Part shown: positions 34,882-43,536 of the stretch, piece after piece
Layout of the letters: each line of letters begins with the position of its first letter
How positions within the stretch are numbered: the first letter of the stretch is position 1
DNA from: a virus
Virus record (IMG/VR): IMGVR_UViG_3300028534_000008
Coordinates: 1-44,530 of that record
Length of the DNA stretch: 44,530 nt
Direction: 5' to 3' (one strand)
Program-made: the position numbers and the translations under genes
Notes under the pieces: model-generated
Databases searched by the model: none
What the model saw: the letters and a program-made list of their open reading frames with translations, nothing else
Told to the model about the DNA's origin: nothing

Positions 34882-35085
34882 TTATTTTTTTATTGTGATA
34901 TTTGCTTCTTGCGTGTATTTTAATGCGTGTTTATTGCCTCGTTTTGCTGATTGGTATGTTGCTATGTATTCGGCTTCGTATATGTATTGTTGAAACCTAT
35001 TCATTTCGTGATAATGTTCTTGTTTCATGTCGAAAGTTGGCATTGTTGCCATTTGTGCCGCTGCTGCTAGTGTTAGTAAAATCAT
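34882..35085 (-). CDS. Hypothetical protein (67 aa) with an N-terminal hydrophobic segment
   Basis: MILLTLAAAAQMATMP... is signal/TM-like. Upstream context aacaccaaaaacaATG. Confidence 0.45.
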   Translation of the reverse strand: MILLTLAAAAQMATMPTFDMKQEHYHEMNRFQQYIYEAEYIATYQSAKRGNKHALKYTQEANITIKK

Positions 35086-35111
35086 TGTTTTTGGTGTTAT
35101 GTTGTTTATAA

Positions 35112-35333
35112 TTATGCTGTTTGCTTTTCTTCATATCTCTTTACTAGTGTTTTTCTTTCTTCTTCCGTGTACTTTTCCAAAAATCTTTTTAACACTGCTT
35201 TTGCATCGTATTTTCTAGCGTAATTTATTTTAGTTATTCTATAACCGTTAATAGAGGCGTAGAAATAAAATGTTTTCTTTGGTGTACCGTCTTTTTTAGT
35301 CCCTCTTACTTTGTTTATTTTGTATTTAATCAT
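35112..35333 (-). CDS. Small basic protein (73 aa; start moved from 35390 to 35333)
   Basis: Internal Met (MIKYKINK...) has the cassette-typical context aacacctaaacacATG and removes the overlap with 35354..35569. Confidence 0.45.
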   Translation of the reverse strand: MIKYKINKVRGTKKDGTPKKTFYFYASINGYRITKINYARKYDAKAVLKRFLEKYTEEERKTLVKRYEEKQTA

Positions 35334-35353
35334 GTGTTTAGGTGTTATGTTGT

Positions 35354-35569
35354 TTATTTTTTTAATATGAATCTTTTTAATTCTTTGCATTCAAGTTCTA
35401 GAATTTGATCTCTTACGTCTCTTAATGATAAAACGGCATAATCTGCAACTTTTGAACAGAAATCTTCTTTTGCCATGTCGTCTATATATTTTCCAAATGT
35501 TTCTAGGTGTGCGACTATAACTTCCATAGCTCTTAATTTTCTTTTCATGTTGTCTAATACGTTTTCCAT
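35354..35569 (-). CDS. Hypothetical protein (71 aa)
   Basis: Upstream context aaaaaacacattATG. Confidence 0.45.
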   Translation of the reverse strand: MENVLDNMKRKLRAMEVIVAHLETFGKYIDDMAKEDFCSKVADYAVLSLRDVRDQILELECKELKRFILKK

Positions 35570-35599
35570 AATGTGTTTTTTAATTGGTTGATAATGTGT

Positions 35600-36079
35600 T
35601 TAAACTGTATATCTTAGCCGTGTCAAAATATACTCTTTTTGCTTTTGTATCCCGTATTTTTTAAATGTTTTTAATATTTCTTCAATGATTTCTTCTTCTT
35701 TGTCTTGTATTTCTTTAATCTCTTTTATGTTTTCCTTTTCGTATTTTATATTTTTTTCTATTTGATCCCATAGCTTTTCAAGTGATCCTATTACGTCTTG
35801 TTTCACTCTTGTTTCTGGATGTACTGTATACGACTTACCATTTTTGTTAAAATATATTGAATATTCCAACTCACCAAAATAATTTTTCTTTGTTGTAATT
35901 TCTCCGGCTATCCATTCGCCATATGTTCCTTTTTCTATTCTGTTTGTAATTTTGTAAAATGTTCTATTGATTGTTTTCCCTTTGTAACCTTCTAAATCTT
36001 TTAAAAGTTTTTTTATTTCTTTTATGATTTCCTTGTTGTTTTCAATGCTTTCTTTTTCGTGTTTGATATTAGTTTTCAT
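35600..36079 (-). CDS. Hypothetical K/E-rich protein (159 aa), first gene of the leftward cassette
   Basis: Upstream context aaaaaacacactATG, about 97 nt downstream of promoter copy 3. Confidence 0.5.
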   Translation of the reverse strand: MKTNIKHEKESIENNKEIIKEIKKLLKDLEGYKGKTINRTFYKITNRIEKGTYGEWIAGEITTKKNYFGELEYSIYFNKNGKSYTVHPETRVKQDVIGSLEKLWDQIEKNIKYEKENIKEIKEIQDKEEEIIEEILKTFKKYGIQKQKEYILTRLRYTV

Positions 36080-36182
36080 AGTGTGTTTTTTTAAATGATG
36101 TTTTTTATTGGAAGGAAAGTTTTGAAATTGTTTTCAATCGTTTTGATTGTTGCCTTTCTTGCTTTCCTTATCTTCTGACTAA

Positions 36183-36219
36183 AGTCTACAGTATAGACTT
36201 TCAAAAGTCAATAGTTTTT
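36183..36219 (-). promoter_or_regulatory. Promoter cassette copy 3 (minus strand), driving the leftward cassette
   Basis: Minus strand reads AAAAACTATTGACTTT (36219..36204). TTGACT at 36211..36206, 17-nt spacer, TAGACT at 36188..36183. Confidence 0.55.
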
Positions 36220-36227
36220 TATATAAA

Positions 36228-36256
36228 TTGTGAAAGGTTGTGTTTTTGTGTATTAT
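36228..36256 (+). promoter_or_regulatory. Candidate sigma70-like promoter for the packaging/head operon (TTGTGA-N17-TATTAT)
   Basis: TTGTGA at 36228..36233, exact 17-nt spacer, TATTAT at 36251..36256, 27 nt upstream of ATG 36284. Confidence 0.45.
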
Positions 36257-36283
36257 AAGCATGTAATACATAACTTTTTCACA

Positions 36284-36760
36284 ATGATTTTAAACGAAAC
36301 AGAAAAGGAAAAGGAGAAAAAAGAACGTAAAGACACGCACGCACGCGAAGTGCAAAGAAGGTATTTTACAACAAGAGATTTAATTGTCAAGAATGCAAAC
36401 ATTGCAAACGGTGTTACGAAGTGGAGCGAGGAAAACAAGCTAATCATAGCCGATTGCTACGCGCACGACTTCACAGACGAAGAAACGGCGCTTGTGCTTG
36501 GTGTTACAAGGCGCACGCTTGCTAACTGGAAAAAGTCGCACAAGAAAGACTTTGAAAAGCTTAATCTATACAAGAGTAACATGGGTTTAAAGGCTAAACG
36601 GCTTTTACATGATAAAATGGAAAAGTTTGACGACGCGCTGAAATACCTTGAACGTAAACAATCCGACGATTATAGTACAAAGAGTATCAGGCAGCATGAG
36701 ATTAATGCAGTACTAGCACCGCAAGAGGAAATAAACCTTTTAAACGCTTTAGATGAATAA
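36284..36760 (+). CDS. terS: Terminase small subunit candidate (158 aa; ATG start instead of the track start 36230)
   Basis: HTH-like TDEETALVLGVTRRTLANWKK. Overlaps the TerL start by 8 nt. Codon 36230 is GTG and lies inside the putative promoter. Confidence 0.5.
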   Translation: MILNETEKEKEKKERKDTHAREVQRRYFTTRDLIVKNANIANGVTKWSEENKLIIADCYAHDFTDEETALVLGVTRRTLANWKKSHKKDFEKLNLYKSNMGLKAKRLLHDKMEKFDDALKYLERKQSDDYSTKSIRQHEINAVLAPQEEINLLNALDE

Positions 36761-38387
36761 ACGAAGCTTAAAGAGTATATTAAACATATTAAGGAACGCA
36801 TACAAGACGGAAGACTTGCACACAATATCAAACGCACGGCGCGCGCTTGGTCGTGAGTCCTTACTAGGTTTTGCGGTATCATACTTTAATTATGCAATGA
36901 CTTATAAAATCCCGCCTTACATGCTTGAATGGTACGAAAAGGCAGAGTTTGAAGATATAGACTTTATGCTTTTAGTCGCGTTCCGTGGTAGTGCAAAAAC
37001 TTCAATTGCAAAGATTAAGGCGTGCAGAGATATACTCTATAAACGGCATAGCCTTATAGGTTACGTTACTTACGAGAGAGAATCAGCGGGCGAAGCGTTG
37101 TTTGACATTCTTACATGGTTACAGACTAACGCAAAGATATTGAACGACTTTGGCAACGTGTTCGATAAGCGTATTGACGGTACGCCTGAAAAGAAGACAC
37201 AGGGCAACTTCGTAACGTCTAGCGGGGTAAGGGTAACAGCAATATCAATTAAACAATCAGTGCGAGGTAAACAAAAAGACTTTGAACGACCTAACTGTTA
37301 TATAATAGACGATATTGAAAACAACACAACAAAACGTTCATACGTGAAGACACGTGCAACGATGGAATTTATCAAAGAGTTATTTACAGGGCTTGGTAAT
37401 GATCCCGAAGTTCTTATAGTAGGTAACTACATAACAGATACGGGGGTTATAGCATGGCTGGAAGATATAGCAGACGGCAATCCGGACTGGTACGCCTCAC
37501 ACTTGCCGCTTATACAAGACGGTTCTATAATGTGGGCTGATAAGTATGTACACACTGATATTGATAAGCTAGAAGACGCAAGACCGAATGAGCGAAAGCC
37601 AATCAGCATACAGGCGCTAAAAAGAACGATGAACAAAGACGGCGGAAATCTGTTTGAACAAGAGATGTTGCTTGAACCGTCTACGCAGGAAGATAGATTT
37701 TTTGATATTGATAAAATTGATGAGGCGCTTAAACAATGCAAAGAGTTTGTTAAAATCGGAAATTGGAAATATTTCATTGATAGTAAAGATTCAAATGTTA
37801 GACCGCTTGAGTATTATCACGAACAGACACGAAAGAGGGGGCGTTTGTTTTGGGGTGCGGTTGGTGCTGATGTTGCGGAAGGGTTTGGCAATGATTCTAG
37901 TGTTATACAGATACTGGACTTTGAAACAGGTGAACAACTTGCAGAGTTTGAAAGTAATCAAATAGAGCCTACACCGCTTGGCTTGCTAATGGTTGAGGCT
38001 GGTAAACAGCTAGGGAATTGCATGTTGTGTCCTGAACGAAACAGTATAGGTGTTGCGACCATTGACGCTATAAGGTCGACAGGTTACACGAACCTATACG
38101 TTGAAACGACACCACCAACAAGCACACTAGAGAGAGCAAAAAAAGAGTATGGGTGGCGTACTACCTCGGCAAGCAAGCCAAAGATTCTATTTGACTTTAA
38201 AAGAGATTTTGAAGCTGGACTGATTAAGATTAACAGTAAACCGCTATTAAGAGAAATGCGGGCATTCAACAATGACGGCGTGCGGTATACGTCTTTTGAT
38301 CCTGAAGCCTCTAATCATTTTGACCGTATAATGGCGGCTGCGATAGCATGGGAAATGCGAAACGTGAGACAGGGGGGCGTTTGTTAA
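36753..38387 (+). CDS. terL: Terminase large subunit (544 aa)
   Basis: Deviant Walker A VAFRGSAKTS, Walker B CYIIDDIEN, and nuclease-domain GADVAEGFGNDSSVIQILD. Followed by the portal gene. Confidence 0.85.
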   Translation: MNKRSLKSILNILRNAYKTEDLHTISNARRALGRESLLGFAVSYFNYAMTYKIPPYMLEWYEKAEFEDIDFMLLVAFRGSAKTSIAKIKACRDILYKRHSLIGYVTYERESAGEALFDILTWLQTNAKILNDFGNVFDKRIDGTPEKKTQGNFVTSSGVRVTAISIKQSVRGKQKDFERPNCYIIDDIENNTTKRSYVKTRATMEFIKELFTGLGNDPEVLIVGNYITDTGVIAWLEDIADGNPDWYASHLPLIQDGSIMWADKYVHTDIDKLEDARPNERKPISIQALKRTMNKDGGNLFEQEMLLEPSTQEDRFFDIDKIDEALKQCKEFVKIGNWKYFIDSKDSNVRPLEYYHEQTRKRGRLFWGAVGADVAEGFGNDSSVIQILDFETGEQLAEFESNQIEPTPLGLLMVEAGKQLGNCMLCPERNSIGVATIDAIRSTGYTNLYVETTPPTSTLERAKKEYGWRTTSASKPKILFDFKRDFEAGLIKINSKPLLREMRAFNNDGVRYTSFDPEASNHFDRIMAAAIAWEMRNVRQGGVC

Positions 38388-38438
38388 ATATAAAAACATG
38401 ATATAATAAAAACGAATATTCAAAAAAACTTTAAATAT

Positions 38439-39785
38439 ATGACAAAGATTATAAGTACAAGCGAAGTAAACAGGCTAGCAAAGCTTGCAGAATTAGAAAG
38501 TAAGCTAAACAACGCATATTTAACAGACCTAACAGACAAACAAACAGAACTTTTAGTAAACTTCTTTTACAAGAATGAAGACGTATTACAGCAACAACGA
38601 AAGATTGAGCTTTTAAATTTATCTTTATCTTATCCGTCTTTGATATGTAGAACGGTTGCGGATTATACAGGGGACGGGGTGAATACACTTGAGATGGAAA
38701 CTTGGGAAACTATATATAATCTTACATGGGCAGGGCATGCGGTTTATACGTATGGTTTAGATGAGAGCGAAGAGCTAGGTTATTATATAAAAGAGGTTTC
38801 GCCTGATTCTTATGTTAGAGGTAACGACGGCGAAGAGATTATATTGACGTACTTTCAAAAGGAATCAAACGACAAAATCCAAACATACGTTTTAAAAAGA
38901 ACTTATACACTTGGAAATATAACAAATGAGCTTTATCTTTTAAAAAACACTTTATCTGTAGATGTTAAGGGTGATATTAAACATACTTTAGACGGTGCGC
39001 TTGTACCATTGAATACACTTGCAGAAACGGAAGATTTGAAAGAAGAGGAAACAACAGGGTTTGATTTTAATCCGATAGTTGTAGGGTCTATCGGAAAAGG
39101 GTTTTACGGCACTTCTTTAATTGAAGAGGTTTTACCACTAGCGCGTAGTCTTGAGATGAATTTGTTTAACTTACAAGACCAATTTTTTAAACACTTACAA
39201 GCAAAAATCACAGTACCACAAAGCAATAGGCCACTCAATCCAAACGAGAGTTTTAGCGTAAGAAATGAAGAAGTTATAACGGTTGCGGCTGGTGAACATA
39301 TACCAACGTATTTGACGAATGATAATAAAATGATTAGTCATTTCTTTGAGTATTTCGAAACAGTAACAAGGCAAATATCAGCAATTACAGGAATCCCAGT
39401 AGATTTTTTGGGGCTTAAGAGTGCGGGTGGTGCAGAGAGTGCGACGGCTAAACAGTTGAAACTATCAAAATTCATTAAACGTATAGAAAACAGTAGAAAG
39501 GTTTTTGTTAATATGTTGAACGAAGTGCAAGAAGGATTAGAGAAAATGGGGGTTAGGGTTGATGAGTTGTCTATTGATTGGGATTCAATTTTTCCTACTA
39601 ACAAACTAGACGAAGCTAAAGAACTTGAGATTGCAAAAGGTAGTTGCCTTATAAGTGATATTAAAGCGATTATGCGGTATCAGGATATAAGCGAAGAAGA
39701 AGCCATGAAAGAATTAGCACTAATAAACAAAGCAAACGCAGATGTAGATTTAGATTCATTAATGGAAACAAGCACTAATGTATAA
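38439..39785 (+). CDS. Portal protein (448 aa)
   Basis: Its position directly after TerL and before the MuF-like gene, together with its size, fits an SPP1 gp6-type portal. Confidence 0.7.
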   Translation: MTKIISTSEVNRLAKLAELESKLNNAYLTDLTDKQTELLVNFFYKNEDVLQQQRKIELLNLSLSYPSLICRTVADYTGDGVNTLEMETWETIYNLTWAGHAVYTYGLDESEELGYYIKEVSPDSYVRGNDGEEIILTYFQKESNDKIQTYVLKRTYTLGNITNELYLLKNTLSVDVKGDIKHTLDGALVPLNTLAETEDLKEEETTGFDFNPIVVGSIGKGFYGTSLIEEVLPLARSLEMNLFNLQDQFFKHLQAKITVPQSNRPLNPNESFSVRNEEVITVAAGEHIPTYLTNDNKMISHFFEYFETVTRQISAITGIPVDFLGLKSAGGAESATAKQLKLSKFIKRIENSRKVFVNMLNEVQEGLEKMGVRVDELSIDWDSIFPTNKLDEAKELEIAKGSCLISDIKAIMRYQDISEEEAMKELALINKANADVDLDSLMETSTNV

Positions 39786-40506
39786 ACTTGAAGAAAAACA
39801 AGCGGTATCAGAATTAAGCAAGAACTTTGATGAGTTTATCACGTATGCTTTATTAATTGCTACAAGTACAATGGCATTATCTCAAAAGAAACGACTGATC
39901 AATGAGAAGTTCAAAAGTATTGCTAAACGTAACGAAAGTATAGTTAACAAAGCACAATATAACCTTTATAAGAACGGTAAAGATAATATTTACAAAGCAT
40001 TAAATAAAACGCCTAAAAGGTTGACAACAGCACAAAAGAAAGAACTTGAAATAATAACAGAACAAGCACAACAAAAGGCAATTGGAATGCTTAACGGTTA
40101 CAAGGTAAAAGCAGATACATTGATAGTATCAGAAGCATTGAAACAATATAGAGAAACAGGACTAGGAATAGACAATGCACAAGAGCGTTTCGCATATGGC
40201 AAGAAACTAAAAAAAAAGTTAGCATTTCAAAATTCTAAAGGGCAAAGGATTAAAACAAAAGGTTTAACGCGTGTAATAGTTGGCGATTCTCTATATAGTG
40301 GATACGTAGCAGGTCAACGTAGTACACTTTTAAATTTAGATATTTTAAAAGTGATACACGTATCAGTAATGGATAACAGAACAACAGAGATTTGCGCCAG
40401 TTTAGACGGTAAAATAAGAAATATATTGACTGATCAACTTCCACCTATGCACGTTGGGTGTAGATCAACGGTAAAACCTTACAAGGAAAAAATTAATAAA
40501 AAATAA
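39778..40506 (+). CDS. Head morphogenesis protein, Mu F / SPP1 gp7-like (242 aa)
   Basis: C-terminal TTEICASLDGK...LPPMHVGCRST matches the conserved C..ldG...pP.H.nCRC-type motif of Phage_Mu_F. Confidence 0.7.
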   Translation: MYKLEEKQAVSELSKNFDEFITYALLIATSTMALSQKKRLINEKFKSIAKRNESIVNKAQYNLYKNGKDNIYKALNKTPKRLTTAQKKELEIITEQAQQKAIGMLNGYKVKADTLIVSEALKQYRETGLGIDNAQERFAYGKKLKKKLAFQNSKGQRIKTKGLTRVIVGDSLYSGYVAGQRSTLLNLDILKVIHVSVMDNRTTEICASLDGKIRNILTDQLPPMHVGCRSTVKPYKEKINKK

Positions 40507-40508
40507 TC

Positions 40509-40673
40509 ATGGTAACAAAAATTAAATTTAAAGATTTGCCAAAGAATGCAAAGCAAGCGATAATACAAGCGCGGACTAGTACAACATTTAAAATTTACCC
40601 TTTATTTGTGTTGTATGGGTTGACTGTTATAGCATTATTAAAAATCGCACAAATTGCACTATTAAATACTTAA
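40509..40673 (+). CDS. Small membrane-anchored protein (54 aa), below the ORF-track cutoff
   Basis: MVTKIKFKDLPKNAKQAIIQARTSTTFKIYPLFVLYGLTVIALLKIAQIALLNT. Confidence 0.4.
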   Translation: MVTKIKFKDLPKNAKQAIIQARTSTTFKIYPLFVLYGLTVIALLKIAQIALLNT

Positions 40674-40691
40674 TATATAACTAAAAAAAGT

Positions 40692-41099
40692 ATGGATATT
40701 AAAAAGACAGAAAAAAGAGCATTAAAACTTTACGAAATGCTGAAAGAGTACAGGGGTGCATTTAAAGAAGGGGCTGCGTCTCAAATTGATGAGTATTATA
40801 AATTGTACATTGATCCAAACTTTGCAGCTGTACATATTGCACACGGTAGTGAGATTGTAATATCAATTGCTCCAAGTGCATTTAGTTTAAGAGTTGAAAA
40901 CGGGAAACATGATGATTTTGAACCAATTGCATTTTTAGATGGTTTTGAAAAAGTATTTACAGAAAAATTAGACGAAGTAAAGGAAGCAAAAGCTGAATAT
41001 GACAAAAGATTAATTGAAGCACTAGAAGCACAACTAAAAGATTTGAAAGCAAAGGCAAAACTAAACAAAGATATTGCAAAAAAGGATAAAAAGAAGTAA
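40692..41099 (+). CDS. Hypothetical protein (135 aa)
   Basis: ORF between the MuF-like and scaffold genes, followed by a terminator. Confidence 0.5.
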   Translation: MDIKKTEKRALKLYEMLKEYRGAFKEGAASQIDEYYKLYIDPNFAAVHIAHGSEIVISIAPSAFSLRVENGKHDDFEPIAFLDGFEKVFTEKLDEVKEAKAEYDKRLIEALEAQLKDLKAKAKLNKDIAKKDKKK

Positions 41100-41132
41100 A
41101 CTATAGATAACATAGACGGTTTTCATTTGCTA

Positions 41133-41162
41133 AAAAGACTACTTGGAGCGGTAGTCTTTTTG
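41133..41162 (+). terminator. Rho-independent terminator
   Basis: aaaagactac-(8 nt)-gtagtctttt runs into a T-run. Confidence 0.7.
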
Positions 41163-41252
41163 GTATGTGTTTTAGTTATATAAATGTGATATTGTACAAA
41201 CTAAAAAAAATAACTTATAATGTAATTGCTACTTAATCAATAACGTAAAATT

Positions 41253-41882
41253 ATGGACGACGTAACAGTTCAAAACGACGCGGCAGGTCAAAACGCGATA
41301 AACAATGATCAATCAATGGCAACACCTAAAAATGATAATAATTCTGATAAAAAAGGTGATTTAACCGTTGCATTAAGACTTGAACGAGAAAAGCGTAGAG
41401 CGATTGAGGAACAATTGCAAGAAATACGTGAAGCACAACAAAAAGCTGAGGAGGCGCGGCTTGCGGAGCAAGGGAAATACCAAGAACTATATGAAAAATC
41501 AAATAGTGAACTGGAAGAACTTAGAGCTAGCAAGACGACTCTAGCGGAAAAGCTTGAAACATATGAAAAACGACTACAAGACGGCATAAATGCAAAAATG
41601 GAAAGTTTATCAGATGAAGACAAGGCTATCGCAAAAATGGCTATTGATGGGCGACCACTCGACAAGCAAGAGGAAATATTAAACGGTCTATTGGCGAAGT
41701 TTTCCCCTAAACAAACTAGTGTAAATAAATTCCCTGACGGAAATGCAAAAGCAAATACGTCAAAGGATAGTAATATTGCTGCATTATATAAAGACGCTAA
41801 AAAAAGCGGGAATATAGCACAAGCACAATATTATAGGGATATATTAAGAGTTAAGGGGCTTGAAATTCCAACAATAGATTAA
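41253..41882 (+). CDS. Scaffolding protein candidate (209 aa)
   Basis: Charged alpha-helical/coiled-coil composition, immediately upstream of the major capsid gene. Confidence 0.55.
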   Translation: MDDVTVQNDAAGQNAINNDQSMATPKNDNNSDKKGDLTVALRLEREKRRAIEEQLQEIREAQQKAEEARLAEQGKYQELYEKSNSELEELRASKTTLAEKLETYEKRLQDGINAKMESLSDEDKAIAKMAIDGRPLDKQEEILNGLLAKFSPKQTSVNKFPDGNAKANTSKDSNIAALYKDAKKSGNIAQAQYYRDILRVKGLEIPTID

Positions 41883-41908
41883 TTACAATTAATTAACTAT
41901 TTAAAAAA

Positions 41909-43111
41909 ATGACTTACAATCAAAATCCAAATGATTTCGTAGGAGATAGAGTTATGGAGAGAGTTGAAACTTTCAACGAGATTCTTTTACAACGACCTAC
42001 GTTATTAGGACTTATCGGAAGAGTATCTTCTGGTGAATACGCAAATGATCCAACATATACATGGACTGAATATGTTTCTGCTCCATTATCATGGATAGTA
42101 GGAGGTACTGCATCTGCAATTGGTGCTGCAACTATAGATGTAGTTGATGCAACTGGAATTGTTGAAGGAATGATTCTTGAATTTGAACGACCTGCAAGTT
42201 CTGCAGTACGACCATATGGTTCTTACACAGTACAAACAAAAGTTTTATCAATTGCTGGTAATACTTTAACAATTGAAAGAATCGGAACAGATGAAGAAAT
42301 CGAAGCTGATTCTAAAGTTGGTCTAGTATCACGACCTGAAGAAATGGGGTCACTTGCTAATGAAAAAGCTAATGTAAAACCTTACACACAAAAAAACTAT
42401 ACTGAAATTTTCCGAAATGATGTTAAATGGGTTGGAACACTTGATTCAACTGCATTATATGCACTAGGAAACAATGCTAGAAAAGCACCTGTAATGTGGG
42501 ATAGTTTCCAATTAAAAGATTTAGTTGAAAAACTAAACCGACAACTTGGAAAATCAATTCTTAAAGGTATTGGTGAAGAAAGAGACGCAACTCATAGAGG
42601 GCGAATGAATGGTATTGTTACAATGCTTGAAGCTCAAGGTGCTGCTAAAGACGCTGCAGGAACAGCTATCACTATCGACATGATAAATGATGCAAGTTCC
42701 GAAGTAGCTTCTAATGGAGGACTAGAAAACTCTTTAAAAGTATTAGTATGTGGTAAAGAACAAGCTAGGAAGATTTCTGCATTTAATGTATCAGGAAACA
42801 ATCCTGTAGTTATGCGACCTGAAACAACTACTGGTTCATATGTTAACTTCTTACAAACAGATCTTGCTGGAACAAATGGTGGAGCAATGATGCAAATTAT
42901 TGTTGACGAAAACATGGACAAAGACAAGATCATTCTATTAAACACAGATGCTGTTAAATTAGTGCCTATGATTGATAGAGATTGGTTTGAATTAGATTCA
43001 ACACCTGCTGGATATGATGGTATACGAAGAGGTATGATTGGTGAATTTACAATGAAATTTGTAAACGCTAAAGCAAACGGAATCGTTATCGAAAACTTAC
43101 AAGTTGTTTAA
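41909..43111 (+). CDS. Major capsid protein (400 aa)
   Basis: Position after the scaffold gene, suitable size, and a strong terminator directly downstream. Confidence 0.7.
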   Translation: MTYNQNPNDFVGDRVMERVETFNEILLQRPTLLGLIGRVSSGEYANDPTYTWTEYVSAPLSWIVGGTASAIGAATIDVVDATGIVEGMILEFERPASSAVRPYGSYTVQTKVLSIAGNTLTIERIGTDEEIEADSKVGLVSRPEEMGSLANEKANVKPYTQKNYTEIFRNDVKWVGTLDSTALYALGNNARKAPVMWDSFQLKDLVEKLNRQLGKSILKGIGEERDATHRGRMNGIVTMLEAQGAAKDAAGTAITIDMINDASSEVASNGGLENSLKVLVCGKEQARKISAFNVSGNNPVVMRPETTTGSYVNFLQTDLAGTNGGAMMQIIVDENMDKDKIILLNTDAVKLVPMIDRDWFELDSTPAGYDGIRRGMIGEFTMKFVNAKANGIVIENLQVV

Positions 43112-43130
43112 TTACGGCTTTTAGGAAATT

Positions 43131-43156
43131 GCTCCCACTTAGTGGGGGCTTTTTTT
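43131..43156 (+). terminator. Rho-independent terminator after the capsid gene
   Basis: gctcccac-tta-gtgggggc gives an 8-bp stem (one G-U) followed by T7. Confidence 0.8.
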
Positions 43157-43199
43157 ATGATATAATTAAAACGAGAAACGAATTTATTAATTTTAAAAT

Positions 43200-43526
43200 A
43201 TGAGTAAAAGAGTATTTACAGCACCAATTAAGACACGTGTTTTCTATTTAGAAGATAAAAAACATAAATTTTATGATTTTTTAACAGGAAAACTTGAAAC
43301 TGAAAACGGTTCACTACAAGACGCATGTATTCGACATCCTAAGGTACTTGAGGTGAAAGCCGAACAAGTAGTCGAAAAACCTAAAAAAGTGGCTAAAATC
43401 GAGCCTATTAAAGAGAAAAAAATAGAAGAAAAAGAAATTGAAGAAGTTATTTTGGAAAATGAAGAATCAATCAAGAAAAATGAAGAAAAACCTAAAAAAA
43501 GAGTAAGAAAATCAATTAAAAAATAA
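43200..43526 (+). CDS. Small protein with a K/E-rich low-complexity tail (108 aa)
   Basis: N-terminal ~55 aa look globular. They are followed by EKPKKVAKIEPIKEKKIEEKEIEE...KPKKRVRKSIKK. Confidence 0.5.
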   Translation: MSKRVFTAPIKTRVFYLEDKKHKFYDFLTGKLETENGSLQDACIRHPKVLEVKAEQVVEKPKKVAKIEPIKEKKIEEKEIEEVILENEESIKKNEEKPKKRVRKSIKK

Positions 43527-43536
43527 TTAAATAATA

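Noticed and set aside
33118-35218. Plus-strand track ORFs inside the leftward cassette (33118..33435, 33787..34038, 33965..34159, 34480..34668, 34652..34873, 34902..35111, 35027..35218)
   Set aside because: They are antisense to tightly packed minus-strand genes that share a common start context and a single upstream promoter. There are no plus-strand promoter or start signals.
36230-36283. Track start at 36230 for the TerS-like ORF
   Set aside because: Codon 36230 is GTG and the first 18 codons overlap the predicted TTGTGA-N17-TATTAT promoter. ATG 36284 is the first plausible start.
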